This document shows positions 39,583 through 51,440 of a stretch of DNA of 64,000 nt, one piece after another. The notes beneath the pieces are model-generated. The model searched no databases, was not told where the DNA came from, and saw only the letters and a program-made list of their open reading frames with translations. The stretch's first letter is position 1, and each line of letters opens with the position of its first letter. The DNA is from Candidatus Foliamicus sp. Its GTDB lineage: Bacteria; Pseudomonadota; Gammaproteobacteria; Steroidobacterales; Foliamicaceae. Where the stretch lies: assembly GCA_965206955.1 (NCBI GenBank), contig OZ242252.1:1795771-1859770 (forward strand). The letters are read 5' to 3'. The position numbers and the translations under genes are program-made.

Positions 39583-40725
39583 CTAGCCCGCCTGCTTGAA
39601 GGGCGTGTGCTCGCCGGCGATTTCGGCGTAGCGCGCAACCTGTTTGCGTTCATCGGAGAGGAAGCCGGTCAGCGCGTCGGCGAATCCGGCGTGGCGTACC
39701 CAGTGCGTCGAGTATGACGTTTCAGGGCTGAATCCGCGCGCCAGTTTGTGTTCCCCCTGAACGCCGGGGTCGAAGACTTTTAGGCCTTCGCGGATGCAGT
39801 ACTCGATCCCCTGGTAGTAGCAGGTCTCGAAGTGCAGGCTGTGATAATACCCCGTGCTGCCCCAGTAGCGCCCGTACAAGGCGTTATCGCTGCGGAAGCA
39901 AATCGCCAGGGCGACCGCCTCACCTTCGAGACGCGCCAGGAAGATCACCAGCGACTCGGGCAGGTCGCGCGCCACGCGTTCGAAGAAATCGTGGTTCAGG
40001 TACGGGTACTGTCCTCGTTTCAGATAGCTTGCCGCATACAGGGGATAGAGGCTCTCCCAGAGTTCCGGCGTCAGGTCGCCGCCGTGGAGTGTTGCAAATC
40101 GAATTCCGGCTTCCCGCACCCGCCGCCGTTCGCGATTGACCTTTTTGCGCTTGGCTGAACTGAAGGTCGCCAGGAAATCCGAGAAGTCCTTGTAGCCATC
40201 GTCTTTCCAGTGAAACTGGCAATCCGTGCGCAGCATCATCCCCTTCTCCTCCATCCATTCGGCGTCTTGCGCGGAGGGGAACAGGCAATGCATCGAACTG
40301 GCTTCCAGGCGCTCGGCGAGTTCCACGGCGCCGGCCAGCAACATGGACCGTGTCTCTGCCAGATGCTCGGCAGAGCCCTTGCCAAGAAAGCGTGGTCCGG
40401 TCACCGGCGTGAAGGGCACCGCGTTGAGCAACTTGGGGTAGTAATCGTAGCCGGCCCGCTGGTAGGCGGCCGCCCACGCCCAGTCGAACACGAACTCGCC
40501 CCTTGAATGACTCTTGAGGTAAAGGGGCATGGCGCCGGTGGGCTTGTCCTTGCTGTTCAGCAACAAGAGATGGCAGGGTTGCCAACCGGTTTTCGGAGCG
40601 GCGCATCCTGAGGCCTCCAGAGCGTGGAGGAACTCGTGGCGCAGGAACGGGTGCCGGCCGCCGGCCAAGGCATTCCAATCGCCGGCCGAGACCTCTTCGA
40701 TCCTGTCAAGCACCCGTATCCGCAT
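39583..40725 (-). CDS. DUF482 / GNAT-fold (FemAB-like) N-acyltransferase family protein
   Basis: 380 aa with the typical N-terminus ...WNAL....PFLRHEFL.ALE.SG......GW.P.HL..... Confidence 0.75.
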   Translation of the reverse strand: MRIRVLDRIEEVSAGDWNALAGGRHPFLRHEFLHALEASGCAAPKTGWQPCHLLLLNSKDKPTGAMPLYLKSHSRGEFVFDWAWAAAYQRAGYDYYPKLLNAVPFTPVTGPRFLGKGSAEHLAETRSMLLAGAVELAERLEASSMHCLFPSAQDAEWMEEKGMMLRTDCQFHWKDDGYKDFSDFLATFSSAKRKKVNRERRRVREAGIRFATLHGGDLTPELWESLYPLYAASYLKRGQYPYLNHDFFERVARDLPESLVIFLARLEGEAVALAICFRSDNALYGRYWGSTGYYHSLHFETCYYQGIEYCIREGLKVFDPGVQGEHKLARGFSPETSYSTHWVRHAGFADALTGFLSDERKQVARYAEIAGEHTPFKQAG

Positions 40726-40760
40726 GGGCTAAAGAGTAGCGCCTAACTCGCGTCGAGAGA

Positions 40761-40938
40761 ACCCTGGGAACGAGGGCCTGGGAGGGAGAGCCTGGGAGGG
40801 AGAGCCTGGGAGGGAGAGCCTGGGAGGGAGAGCCTGGGAGGGAGGACATCCTGTCCTCCGAGGGCTGGAAGCCCTCTTTCCCAGGTTAGAGCGGGAAGCC
40901 CTCTCTCCCAGAGGAGGGCTGGAAGCCCTCTTTCCCAG
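40761..40938. repeat. REP-like array with 5x 14-nt tandem GCCTGGGAGGGAGA and hairpins GGAGGACATCCTGTCCTCC and GAGGGCTGGAAGCCCTC
   Basis: Read directly from the sequence. It abuts the trxB stop codon. Confidence 0.9.
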
Positions 40939-40939
40939 G

Positions 40940-41899
40940 TTAGAGCGGGTTGGCGTCGCAGAACTTCTCCGCGTCCAGCGCCGCCATGCAGCCCGTGCCC
41001 GCCGATGTGATGGCCTGGCGGTAGACTGAATCGGCAACGTCACCCGCAGCGAAGACGCCGGGCACGCTGGTGGCCGTGGCGCCCCCCGCGTCGCCGCCGC
41101 GCACGGTCAGATAGCCGCCATTGTGCTGCAGCGAGTCCACGAACAATTCCGTAGTGGGGTCATGGCCGATGGCGATGAACACGCCGTCCACCTTGATTTC
41201 CTCGAATACGCCGTCTTCCAGCGTGCTCTTGATCTTGAGGGCCGTTACCTGGTTGCCGTCGCCCAGGACTTCTTCCACCACCCGGTCCCATGCGATCGAG
41301 ATCAGCCCGTCCGGCCCGGCCCGTTCCATAAGCTGCTGCTGCATCATCTTTTCTGCGCGCAGCGCATCGCGCCTGTGCACCAGGGTAACGCTTGAGCAGA
41401 TATTGGACAGGTAGAGCGCCTCCTCGACGGCCGCGTTGCCGCCGCCGACCACCGCCACCGGCCGGCCCTTGAAGAAGAAGCCGTCGCAAGTGGCACACGC
41501 CGACACACCCTTGCCGCGGTAATGCTGTTCGCTGTCAAGGCCCAGGTAGCGCGCCGTGGCGCCGGTTGCGATGATCAGCGATTCGCTCCGATATTCGTCC
41601 AGCCCCCCTTTAAGCCTGAATGGCCGGCGGGACAGGTCCACCTCCTCGATATGGTCGTATATCACCTCGGTGCCCAGGCGTTCGGCGTGCTGACGCAACT
41701 CTTCCATGAGCTGCGGCCCCAGCAGCCCTTCCGCTCCCCCGGGCCAGTTGTCGACGTCGGTGGTGGTCATCAGCTGCCCGCCGGGCTCGCTGCCGGTGAT
41801 CAGCACCGGAGTCATGTTGGCGCGCGCCCCGTAAACCGCGGCGGAATAGCCGGCTGGCCCGGAACCCAGAATCAGGAGTCGGGAGATGGAATTCGACAT
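40940..41899 (-). CDS. trxB: Thioredoxin-disulfide reductase
   Basis: ATG at 41899 (MSNSISRLLILGSGPAGYSAAVY), redox motif CATCDG, and NADPH motif GGGNAAVEEALYL. The longer ORF to 42133 was rejected. Confidence 0.92.
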   Translation of the reverse strand: MSNSISRLLILGSGPAGYSAAVYGARANMTPVLITGSEPGGQLMTTTDVDNWPGGAEGLLGPQLMEELRQHAERLGTEVIYDHIEEVDLSRRPFRLKGGLDEYRSESLIIATGATARYLGLDSEQHYRGKGVSACATCDGFFFKGRPVAVVGGGNAAVEEALYLSNICSSVTLVHRRDALRAEKMMQQQLMERAGPDGLISIAWDRVVEEVLGDGNQVTALKIKSTLEDGVFEEIKVDGVFIAIGHDPTTELFVDSLQHNGGYLTVRGGDAGGATATSVPGVFAAGDVADSVYRQAITSAGTGCMAALDAEKFCDANPL

Positions 41900-44162
41900 G
41901 CGCGCAAGTTTATCCGGGTTTGTATTCGGCGGACACCCGAATAACATTAGGCGCGACGTGAAACGCAAGGAACGAACCTGGGTGGAGCGCGCGCTGCGCG
42001 AGGGTGGCCTGTGGCTTAGCCTGGGCCTGGGCCTGCTGATGTTCGCAGCCTTGCTCAGCAATGTGCCGGAAGCCGCGTCAGCCGGACTTCCAGGCGGCAA
42101 CCTGGTTGGCTCGGCCGGCACTTGGTTTGCCAACTTCGCGTTCGACCTGGCCGGGCAGGCGTCCTATCTCTTTCCGGCGGCCATAATCGGTTTCAGCGCC
42201 TGGTACCTGGCCCCTGCAAGGGCTCGCGAAGATTGGTCCTGGCCCGACGCCGGGGTACGCGCCGGTGGCCTGGTGCTGGTGGTGGTTTGCGGCTGCGGCC
42301 TGCTGGAGTTGTCGGCCCGCGCGGATCTTGGCGGCGGCATCGTCGGAACCTGGCTCACGGACGCACTGAATCCTGTTCTGGACAGCATGGGCTCCGTCGT
42401 GGTCTTGCTGGCCCTTTGGATGACCGGCGTTACGCTGGTTACCAGCCTTTCCTGGGTGCGGCTGGCGGAAGTCACCGGGCGTTTGACCATGCGAGGCTTC
42501 GCGCTGTTGTGGCGGAGCCTGTGCGCGGGAATCAGAGCGCTGATGTCGCGGTTTGGCGCGGACGATTACCGCAGGCCAACCACTCGACGGCGCGCGAAAA
42601 TCACTCGGCCCGCCAGGAAGAGTCCCGCCGCCGGGCAGGCCCGGCGCGCGCGACAGGAACGCGAGAGCGCGGAGGTGGAACTTCCTTCCGGCGTTCGTCT
42701 GCCCTCGCTCAGCCTGCTTTCGGACCCCCCGCCCGACGCTTCGACGCAGTCGCAGGACTATCTGCGCGCCCAGGCCAAGCGGCTGGAGGAGAAACTCCAG
42801 GAGTTCGGCGTGGGTGTGACGGTAGTCGCAGTATCGCCCGGGCCCGTCGTGACGCTGTTTGAAGTGCAGCCGGCCGCGGGCATCCGCGCCAGCCGGATTA
42901 CCAGCCTTGCGCGAGATTTGTCGCGCTCACTGATGGCGCATAGCGTGCGGGTGGTCGAATCCATGCCGGGCAAGTCAACAGTCGGGCTTGAAATAGCCAA
43001 CAACGAGCGGATGCTGGTCACGCTGGGGGAGATTCTTCGGTCGCGTATCTATGCCAATGCCCAATCGATGCTGACGCTGGGCCTGGGCAAGGACATCGCC
43101 GGCGATCCGGTGGTGGCCGACCTGCTCAAGATGCCGCACCTGCTGGTGGCCGGCGCCACCGGCTCAGGCAAATCGGTGGCGATCAACGCGATGGTCTTGA
43201 GCCTGCTCTACAAGTCAACGCCCGAAACGGTGCGCCTGATCATGATCGATCCCAAGATGCTGGAGCTGTCTGTCTATGAGGGCATTCCACACCTTCTGTG
43301 CCCGGTGGTCACCGACGTTACCCAGGCCGCCAACGCTTTACGTTGGTGCGTAGCCGAGATGGACCGCCGCTACCGCTTGATGTCCTGGGTCAAGACGCGC
43401 AGCGTAGAGGGCTACAACAACCGCTTGCAGGTGGCCCGTGACGCCGGCGCGCCGTTATGCGGACCGCCGGAGAACGACGAGGACGAACAGGGGCCGGTGC
43501 TGGAGCCGCTGCCGCGCATCGTGGTGGTGATCGATGAGCTGGCCGACCTGATGATGGTGGTCGGCAAGAAGCTCGAACACCTGATCGCGCGCCTTACTCA
43601 GAAGGCACGGGCTGCGGGACTGCACCTGATCGTGGCCACCCAACGTCCCTCAGTGGACGTGATTACCGGCCTCATCAAGGCCAATATTCCGGCGCGGATC
43701 GCGTTTCGCGTTTCAGCGCAGGTCGATTCGCGCACCATCCTGGACCAGATGGGCGCCGAAACTCTGCTCGGCAAGGGGGACATGCTCTACCTGGCGTCGG
43801 GTTCCAGTAACCTGACCCGGGTCCACGGCGCATTCGTGGACGACGGGGAAGTGCTGAAAGTGGTCGCCGCCCTGAAACGCACCGGCGGTCCCAGCTACGA
43901 CGAACAAGTCACCCTCGGCCCCGTGGAAACAGACGAGGCCGACGGCGCCGCCGCAGACGGCGGCGAGGTAGACGAACTCTACTCCCAGGCCCGGGAAATC
44001 GTCACCGAAACCGGCCGGGCATCAATCTCCTACGTACAGCGGCGCCTCCGCGTAGGCTACAACCGCGCCGCCCGCCTAATCGAAGAACTCGAACGCGCCG
44101 GCGTAGTCTCCGAACCAGACGGCCGCGGCGAACGCCGCGTCACAATCGGCGGCCCAGAATAA
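41886..44162 (+). CDS. ftsK: DNA translocase FtsK
   Basis: N-terminal TM domain, basic and proline/alanine-rich linker, motor domain with Walker A GATGSGKS, and a C-terminal gamma winged-helix (ISYVQRRLRVGYNRAARLIEELE). The exact start is uncertain (41886-41960). Confidence 0.9.
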   Translation: MEFDMRASLSGFVFGGHPNNIRRDVKRKERTWVERALREGGLWLSLGLGLLMFAALLSNVPEAASAGLPGGNLVGSAGTWFANFAFDLAGQASYLFPAAIIGFSAWYLAPARAREDWSWPDAGVRAGGLVLVVVCGCGLLELSARADLGGGIVGTWLTDALNPVLDSMGSVVVLLALWMTGVTLVTSLSWVRLAEVTGRLTMRGFALLWRSLCAGIRALMSRFGADDYRRPTTRRRAKITRPARKSPAAGQARRARQERESAEVELPSGVRLPSLSLLSDPPPDASTQSQDYLRAQAKRLEEKLQEFGVGVTVVAVSPGPVVTLFEVQPAAGIRASRITSLARDLSRSLMAHSVRVVESMPGKSTVGLEIANNERMLVTLGEILRSRIYANAQSMLTLGLGKDIAGDPVVADLLKMPHLLVAGATGSGKSVAINAMVLSLLYKSTPETVRLIMIDPKMLELSVYEGIPHLLCPVVTDVTQAANALRWCVAEMDRRYRLMSWVKTRSVEGYNNRLQVARDAGAPLCGPPENDEDEQGPVLEPLPRIVVVIDELADLMMVVGKKLEHLIARLTQKARAAGLHLIVATQRPSVDVITGLIKANIPARIAFRVSAQVDSRTILDQMGAETLLGKGDMLYLASGSSNLTRVHGAFVDDGEVLKVVAALKRTGGPSYDEQVTLGPVETDEADGAAADGGEVDELYSQAREIVTETGRASISYVQRRLRVGYNRAARLIEELERAGVVSEPDGRGERRVTIGGPE

Positions 44163-44189
44163 TGCACCCCTCCACACGGCTCCCACCCT

Positions 44190-44343
44190 CCCTGGGAAAG
44201 AGGACTTCCAGCCCTCACCAATACCCACCCCCCCTGGGAAAGAAGGCTTCCAGCCCTCACCAACACCCACCCCCCCTGGGAAAGAGGACTTCCAGCCCTC
44301 ACCAATGCCCACCCCCCCTGGGAACGAGGGCTTCCAGCCCTCG
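44190..44343. repeat. REP-like array, 4 units of about 45 nt (CCCTGGGAAAGAGGACTTCCAGCCCTCACCAA...)
   Basis: Read directly from the sequence; lies between ftsK and lolA. Confidence 0.9.
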
Positions 44344-44365
44344 AACCCCAAAACCACCCCACACC

Positions 44366-45016
44366 CGAAAATGGCTAGCACTAGCCTTCCTGCTCCCCAC
44401 AACCCTAACCCTGGCACAGAACCCCCCACCCGACACTTCCCCCACCGCGCAACAACCCGACGCCAGCACCCTTCTGCAACAATTCTTCTTCGAGATCCAG
44501 CACCTGCAAGCCGACTTCACGCAACTCGAATTCGATGTAGAAGGAGGGTTTCGCCGCCAGAGCACCGGGCGCCTCTACCTCTCCCGCCCCGGCCGCTTTC
44601 GCATCGACTACCTCGAGCCGGACGAAGTGATGATCTGGGCGGACGGAGAAAGCCTTTCGATGTTCGACCCGGAACTGGAACAGGTCACCGTGTGGAAACA
44701 ATCCACTCGGCTCAGAGAATCAGCTGCCGCGCTGTTGGCCGGAGACGCCTCGGTCCTGGAGAACTACCGGGTAAACGTGGCCGAATTCGAGGACGGCCTG
44801 CAATGGTTTGACCTGGCCACCACGACTGCGGAGGAGGGGGACCTGCGCCTGGCTTTGCGGGACAAAGCGCCCGCGATCATCGAGTATTCCGACGAGCTTG
44901 GCAGCCGTGTGCAAATGCAGCTTTTTCGCCTGGACCTCAAGAGCAAGCTCGACGACAAGCTGTTCGATCCCGAGATACCACCCGGCGTAGATATATTCGA
45001 GGCCGTGGAATCGTGA
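44366..45016 (+). CDS. lolA: Outer-membrane lipoprotein carrier protein LolA (start codon unresolved)
   Basis: LolA-like sequence (signal-like [15 protein letters not shown], ...FTQ....G....[37 protein letters not shown]). There is no ATG, GTG or TTG between the REP array and the signal peptide. The only upstream start (44162) reads through the REP array. Confidence 0.75.
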   Translation, partial: RKWLALAFLLPTTLTLAQNPPPDTSPTAQQPDASTLLQQFFFEIQHLQADFTQLEFDVEGGFRRQSTGRLYLSRPGRFRIDYLEPDEVMIWADGESLSMFDPELEQVTVWKQSTRLRESAAALLAGDASVLENYRVNVAEFEDGLQWFDLATTTAEEGDLRLALRDKAPAIIEYSDELGSRVQMQLFRLDLKSKLDDKLFDPEIPPGVDIFEAVES

Positions 45017-46284
45017 TCGATCCCAAGTTATTGCGCGAGCAGCCCGAGGCCGTGGCGAGCGGTCTGACCCGGCGAGGGGCGCCCTTCGATGTGGCTGCCT
45101 ACCGGGAACTGGACGCGAAGCGCAAGACGCTTCAAGTACATTCGGAAAAACTGCGCGCGGAACGCAACCGTCTTTCCAAGCAGATCGGCGCCGCCGCACG
45201 GCAGGGCGCGGACGTCCAGCCGCTCAAGAACCAGGTAGCCGAAGCTGCGCAAGGACTGCCCCAGGCCGAAAACGAACTCAAGACGGTCCAGGAGGACTTG
45301 CGGGAGATTGAACTGGGCCTGCCCAATCTGCTCGACGAGGCCGTCCCAGACGGCGCCGACGAAAGCGCCAATCACGAGATTAAGGCCTGGGGCAAACCGC
45401 GTGCAGCGGGCGATGCTGTTCTTGATCATGTGGCCCTCGGCGAAGCGCTGGGGCAGATGGACTTCGCCGCCGCCGCACGCGTAGCCGGCGCCCGCTACAC
45501 CGTACTGCTGGGCGATCTGGCGCGGCTGCATCGCGCCCTGATCCAGTTCATGCTGGATATGCACCTCAACGAGCACGGCTACACCGAGGCCTACGTGCCT
45601 TACATCGTCAACGCCAAGTCGCTGGTAGGCACCGGCCAACTCCCCAAGTTCGAGGAAGACCTGTTCGCCGTTCAGTCCGAACGGCCGTCCTACCTCGTGC
45701 CCACAGCCGAAGTTCCACTGACCAACCTGGTGGCCGGTCAAATCGTGGACATAGCCAAATTGCCGCTGAAATTCACCGCACACACACCTTGTTTCCGCTC
45801 CGAAGCCGGCTCCTACGGCAAAGACACGCGCGGAATGTTGCGCCAGCACCAGTTCGAAAAGGTGGAACTGGTGCAAATCACCCATCCCGACCAATCAGCC
45901 GCAGCGCTTGAGGAACTTACCGGGCACGCCGAAGCCGTGCTGGAGCGGCTGGAGTTGCCCTATCGCAGGGTCGTCCTTTGCGCCGGCGATACCGGCTTCG
46001 CATCCGCCATGACCTACGATCTCGAAGTCTGGCTGCCCGGACAGAACCGCTACCGCGAAATCTCCTCCTGCAGCAACTGCAGGGACTTCCAGGCCCGGCG
46101 CATGAGCGCCCGCTGGCGCGGCAAGGACTCACGCGGCTTCCTACACACGCTGAACGGCTCCGGCGTAGCCGCCGGCCGCGCCCTGATCGCCGTGCTCGAA
46201 AACTACCAGCAGCCCGACGGCAGCATCGTCATTCCCGAAGCCCTACGCCCCTGGATGGGCGGCGCGGATAGAATCTCAGCCTGA
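45013..46284 (+). CDS. serS: Seryl-tRNA synthetase
   Basis: 423 aa with an N-terminal coiled-coil arm and class II motifs ([25 protein letters not shown] and [21 protein letters not shown]). The GTG start overlaps the lolA stop. Confidence 0.95.
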   Translation: MIDPKLLREQPEAVASGLTRRGAPFDVAAYRELDAKRKTLQVHSEKLRAERNRLSKQIGAAARQGADVQPLKNQVAEAAQGLPQAENELKTVQEDLREIELGLPNLLDEAVPDGADESANHEIKAWGKPRAAGDAVLDHVALGEALGQMDFAAAARVAGARYTVLLGDLARLHRALIQFMLDMHLNEHGYTEAYVPYIVNAKSLVGTGQLPKFEEDLFAVQSERPSYLVPTAEVPLTNLVAGQIVDIAKLPLKFTAHTPCFRSEAGSYGKDTRGMLRQHQFEKVELVQITHPDQSAAALEELTGHAEAVLERLELPYRRVVLCAGDTGFASAMTYDLEVWLPGQNRYREISSCSNCRDFQARRMSARWRGKDSRGFLHTLNGSGVAAGRALIAVLENYQQPDGSIVIPEALRPWMGGADRISA

Positions 46285-46302
46285 TCTGATCCCTCAATCA
46301 TC

Positions 46303-46389
46303 GGAGAGGTGGCAGAGTGGTCGAATGCGGAGGTCTTGAAAACCTCTGACGGTTTACGCCGTCCGTGGGTTCGAATCCCACCCTCTCCG
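46303..46389 (+). tRNA. tRNA-Ser (anticodon UGA), copy 1
   Basis: Folded by hand. Acceptor stem GGAGAGG/CCTCTCC, anticodon arm GAGGT-CTTGAAA-ACCTC, long variable arm GACGG/CCGTC, and T arm GTGGG-TTCGAAT-CCCAC. Confidence 0.9.
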
Positions 46390-46694
46390 TAATAGGCGTT
46401 CCTAATTTTGGGGCAAAAATGGCGATTCTTCAGCGATCGGTAAGAGAGTGAAGAGAAAGGAATTCAGAGACACTGCTGCCAATAGCGTGCCTGTGCAGCA
46501 AAACAATGAGGTAGAGAATGAAACTCGGGCCTGGTGATTGTGACGGTCTACCCACATCAAGGGTGGCTCGGGTCGAGGGGAACGGTCAGGTGGGCACACA
46601 CTACGAGAAAGCGTCTCCCAACCAAGTACGGAAAATCCATACTTACGCAACGGACTGCAATTGGTCCGACCTTGACTAATGAGAAACCAACCTA

Positions 46695-48056
46695 ATGAAG
46701 ACTAGCGTACTAGAGAAAAGAGAAGCAGGCTTGTGGCCATCATTAATCATTGCCATTGCCTGCTTGACGTTCTCCGATGGGTGTCTGGCTGATGGCCGAT
46801 CGGACGACCTGTCCTGGCTTGAAGATGAGCCGAGTTTGCTTAAAGAACAGCAACACTTGGTTTTCGAACCAAAGTTGGTTTGGCAGTTGCTCAAAGAATG
46901 GCAGAAGCCAAGCATGCAAGAAGCGATGAAAGAACACTGGAATAATCCAAAGCTGAGCGAATATCTGAGTAAGGTCGACTTACACGCAGAGCCTTTGTCA
47001 ACTCAAGTCCAAGCGGTCATGGACGGTTTGCCTTTAGTTCCTCCAGAAGTGAGGGACGTCATGCCATTAACAGGTGTGCTTTATAGCCTTCTCTACGAAG
47101 ATTACGCTCCTTGGCTCTTGAAGCATCGCTCTTCACCGCGAATCCAAGATGAATTTCGCAAAATGCTTGGCGAGAAATATCCCCTGTTGCCACCGGAAAC
47201 ACGCAGTTTGCTGCAAGATAACATCAGAATTGCTGGATTTTCTCTCTCCAATGGCAAGTTCGTCGCGGATAACTCAGTTGAGACTAGACCAAATGATCGT
47301 TATTCCGAATGGGAAGTACTCGGGGCTCTGGAACCTGAGGAGCAACTAGCTTTGGCGGATCGGGTGCATTTGCTTGGAAAGCCTTACGCGCTGGCTAGAA
47401 GCATGCACACTGCGGCACCAGAAACAAAGGCTGCAATTGCCACGTTTCTCATTGAGGCGTTACGTGATCATCAAGAAGTCGTGTTTTTTGAAGAAGACCG
47501 GAAGAGTCACGAGGAGGCTAAGTTGCGTGGGTATTTCACCGATTCCAGGCCAACTCCGGAAGTGATTGAACTATTGGGAATAGCGCAAGACCTTATGCGC
47601 AACATAGAAGCAACGGATCATTACGCAGATACTGAGCGAGGTGGCATGGTATCGATTAAAGAGCCGGGGGTATTTCTGCTGGAAGAATTTGAGCGTGATT
47701 ACCCAACCCAAATGCAGAAACTGAGGCCAGTTCCGAATTATGCGGTCTTACGCCATTCTCGCAACTACGTGTTTCCCGGTTCAAGGAGCACCTTCCGTAT
47801 TTTCTCTGAATCATCTTTTGGCGGCGCATTACTTGTAGAAGAAAGTGCAGTTTCAAAAGTGTATCAACTTGGGCCTAATCTAGAAATAGCTGGACATCCG
47901 GCGTCAGTGTCGGTTGTAAGCTACACGGGAGATGTTTGGAGTACCGTTATTACCGCATACGATGGAGACAAGGCGTACAAGATTGAGGTTAGCGCCAGAT
48001 TGGAGGGAGAAGACAGGGACCGTTTTGTTGGATTTGCACGTGATCTGATTGAATGA
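46695..48056 (+). CDS. Hypothetical exported/lipoprotein-like protein (453 aa) in an AT-richer island
   Basis: Long clean ORF with hydrophobic N-terminus LWPSLIIAIACLTFSDGC. No family was recognised. Confidence 0.6.
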   Translation: MKTSVLEKREAGLWPSLIIAIACLTFSDGCLADGRSDDLSWLEDEPSLLKEQQHLVFEPKLVWQLLKEWQKPSMQEAMKEHWNNPKLSEYLSKVDLHAEPLSTQVQAVMDGLPLVPPEVRDVMPLTGVLYSLLYEDYAPWLLKHRSSPRIQDEFRKMLGEKYPLLPPETRSLLQDNIRIAGFSLSNGKFVADNSVETRPNDRYSEWEVLGALEPEEQLALADRVHLLGKPYALARSMHTAAPETKAAIATFLIEALRDHQEVVFFEEDRKSHEEAKLRGYFTDSRPTPEVIELLGIAQDLMRNIEATDHYADTERGGMVSIKEPGVFLLEEFERDYPTQMQKLRPVPNYAVLRHSRNYVFPGSRSTFRIFSESSFGGALLVEESAVSKVYQLGPNLEIAGHPASVSVVSYTGDVWSTVITAYDGDKAYKIEVSARLEGEDRDRFVGFARDLIE

Positions 48057-48682
48057 AATTGATCTAGCCGCTTACTTTTTTGCTGCAGGATCAACCCTAA
48101 CTATTTGATATGCTGGTAACAACTGACTCAAGTAAGATGGCGAAAGGAAAACCTCCGGCCCCCTTCTCATATTCCCTCAACACTGCGCCTACGTTGGGCT
48201 AATAGTTGGGGGTTTAGACGCCCGGGCCCATGATCCCGCCGAGTGTATTGCGCATTCCGTTGGCACGGGATTCAACGTAGTCCATTAAGCTGGGAATGCC
48301 GGAAAGATAGCCCTCAGCAGCGTCACCCCAGATGTATCCCAGCTGAACCAGGCGGGTCAGAGATTCAGTGCTGTTAGGCTCTCCGCCAACAGCGTGGGGG
48401 CCGGAGTGAATCGACCCGGGTTTATCGGAGGCTCCGGATATTGAGAGGATTGGAGCATGAACCAAGCGAAGCGTTATTCCCCGGAGGTTGTCACCGGCGC
48501 TGGTAAAAGTCCTCTAATCGGCTTTCTCTTCCCGAAATTGCTGACTTTCTTGCTGTCCCAGCAATGAAGGACACCGTGTGCCCAAATAAAGCCCGGCCAG
48601 CGAGATTGATACTACTCGCGTCCCGCCGAGGCCTCGGCACAAGTCTTTGTTGTCGCGCTCATGATCTTATTTGGCGTATATA

Positions 48683-48988
48683 TCAGTGCAACAAATCTTC
48701 TAGCGCGTCTCGTTGTTCTGCATGTTTTTTGGGATTGTGTTTCTTCAGCCTTTCCAGATTGAGCAGCTTCCACCGGACCGCTGGAAGATCCAACTGGTAT
48801 TTTTCGTGGTTAATGCGAGCGTTCGGCGCGAGCAGCTCATGCATTGGTCGGCCTGAGCTTGCCACATAGACCATGAACACGCGGAACAGTTCGTCGGGCA
48901 GACCTTCGTTCTCATACAGAAGTTTGACATCGAAGTGGCGATATCCGGCAGGACGCTCAGCAGCAGCCGAACCTGATCGACATAGCGC

Positions 48989-48996
<8 letters not shown>
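48683..48996 (-). pseudogene. AbiEii/AbiGii-family nucleotidyltransferase toxin remnant (N-terminal 22 aa joined out of frame to a C-terminal piece)
   Basis: MDKRYVDQVRLLLSVLPDIAT matches the AbiEii N-terminus. The frame then breaks, and a C-terminal-like segment follows in ORF 48683-48880. Confidence 0.5.
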
Positions 48997-50802
<1,806 letters not shown>

Positions 50803-50874
50803 CTAGTTTTTGGGGGGCAAGTCCAGGTCAAGCCACGGGTAGACTGGGATTGAATTGGATTTAGGGTGCACGGA

Positions 50875-51435
50875 ATGGAACACGGAAACCACGCTCCAAT
50901 AGGAGCGAAGCTGGCTGCCTTGTTAGCTGGCGTCATCGCCATAAACGGATGCGAAAGTATGGGCAATGTAGGTATGGGCAATGTACTGGTGGGCGCAGCA
51001 GCGGGTGCGGCCTTAGGGGCAGCAGTCGCAGCCAACCGCGATGAGCCAGCGGTCCAAGTGGCGGCCGGACTAAACCTCAGCACGCAACAGCGGGTCCTCA
51101 TCAATATAGGTAGCGAAGACAGAATGGTGGAGTCCGTGGTGGCCGGAGCTGCTATCGGAGCATTGGTCGGCATGTTGTTCGGCAAAGACGCGACCGACGC
51201 GATGGGTGGTCAAGCGCGAGAGGTGCCCACAGCAGCCGAAACAAGGCGTTCTGCGACGCTCAATAGGGACGCAGAGGAACGCGAAGCACTACAGCGATTG
51301 ACCCAGATTCTTCAGCGAGCGCGCGATGAGCAGGCTGTTCAAGAGGCCAGCGAGGCACAAGCGGCTCAAGCCCTAGAGGAGCGCAAGGCAAGGGACGCTG
51401 CTGAGATCGCGGCCAGCGTGTCAGCGAATTTCTGA
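50875..51435 (+). CDS. Putative lipoprotein with glycine-zipper segments and a charged C-terminal helix
   Basis: Lipobox LAGVIAINGC, glycine-zipper-like VGAAAGAALGAAVA and VVAGAAIGALVGMLFG, and a C-terminal E/A/Q-rich helix. Confidence 0.5.
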   Translation: MEHGNHAPIGAKLAALLAGVIAINGCESMGNVGMGNVLVGAAAGAALGAAVAANRDEPAVQVAAGLNLSTQQRVLINIGSEDRMVESVVAGAAIGALVGMLFGKDATDAMGGQAREVPTAAETRRSATLNRDAEEREALQRLTQILQRARDEQAVQEASEAQAAQALEERKARDAAEIAASVSANF

Positions 51436-51440
51436 CCCTG

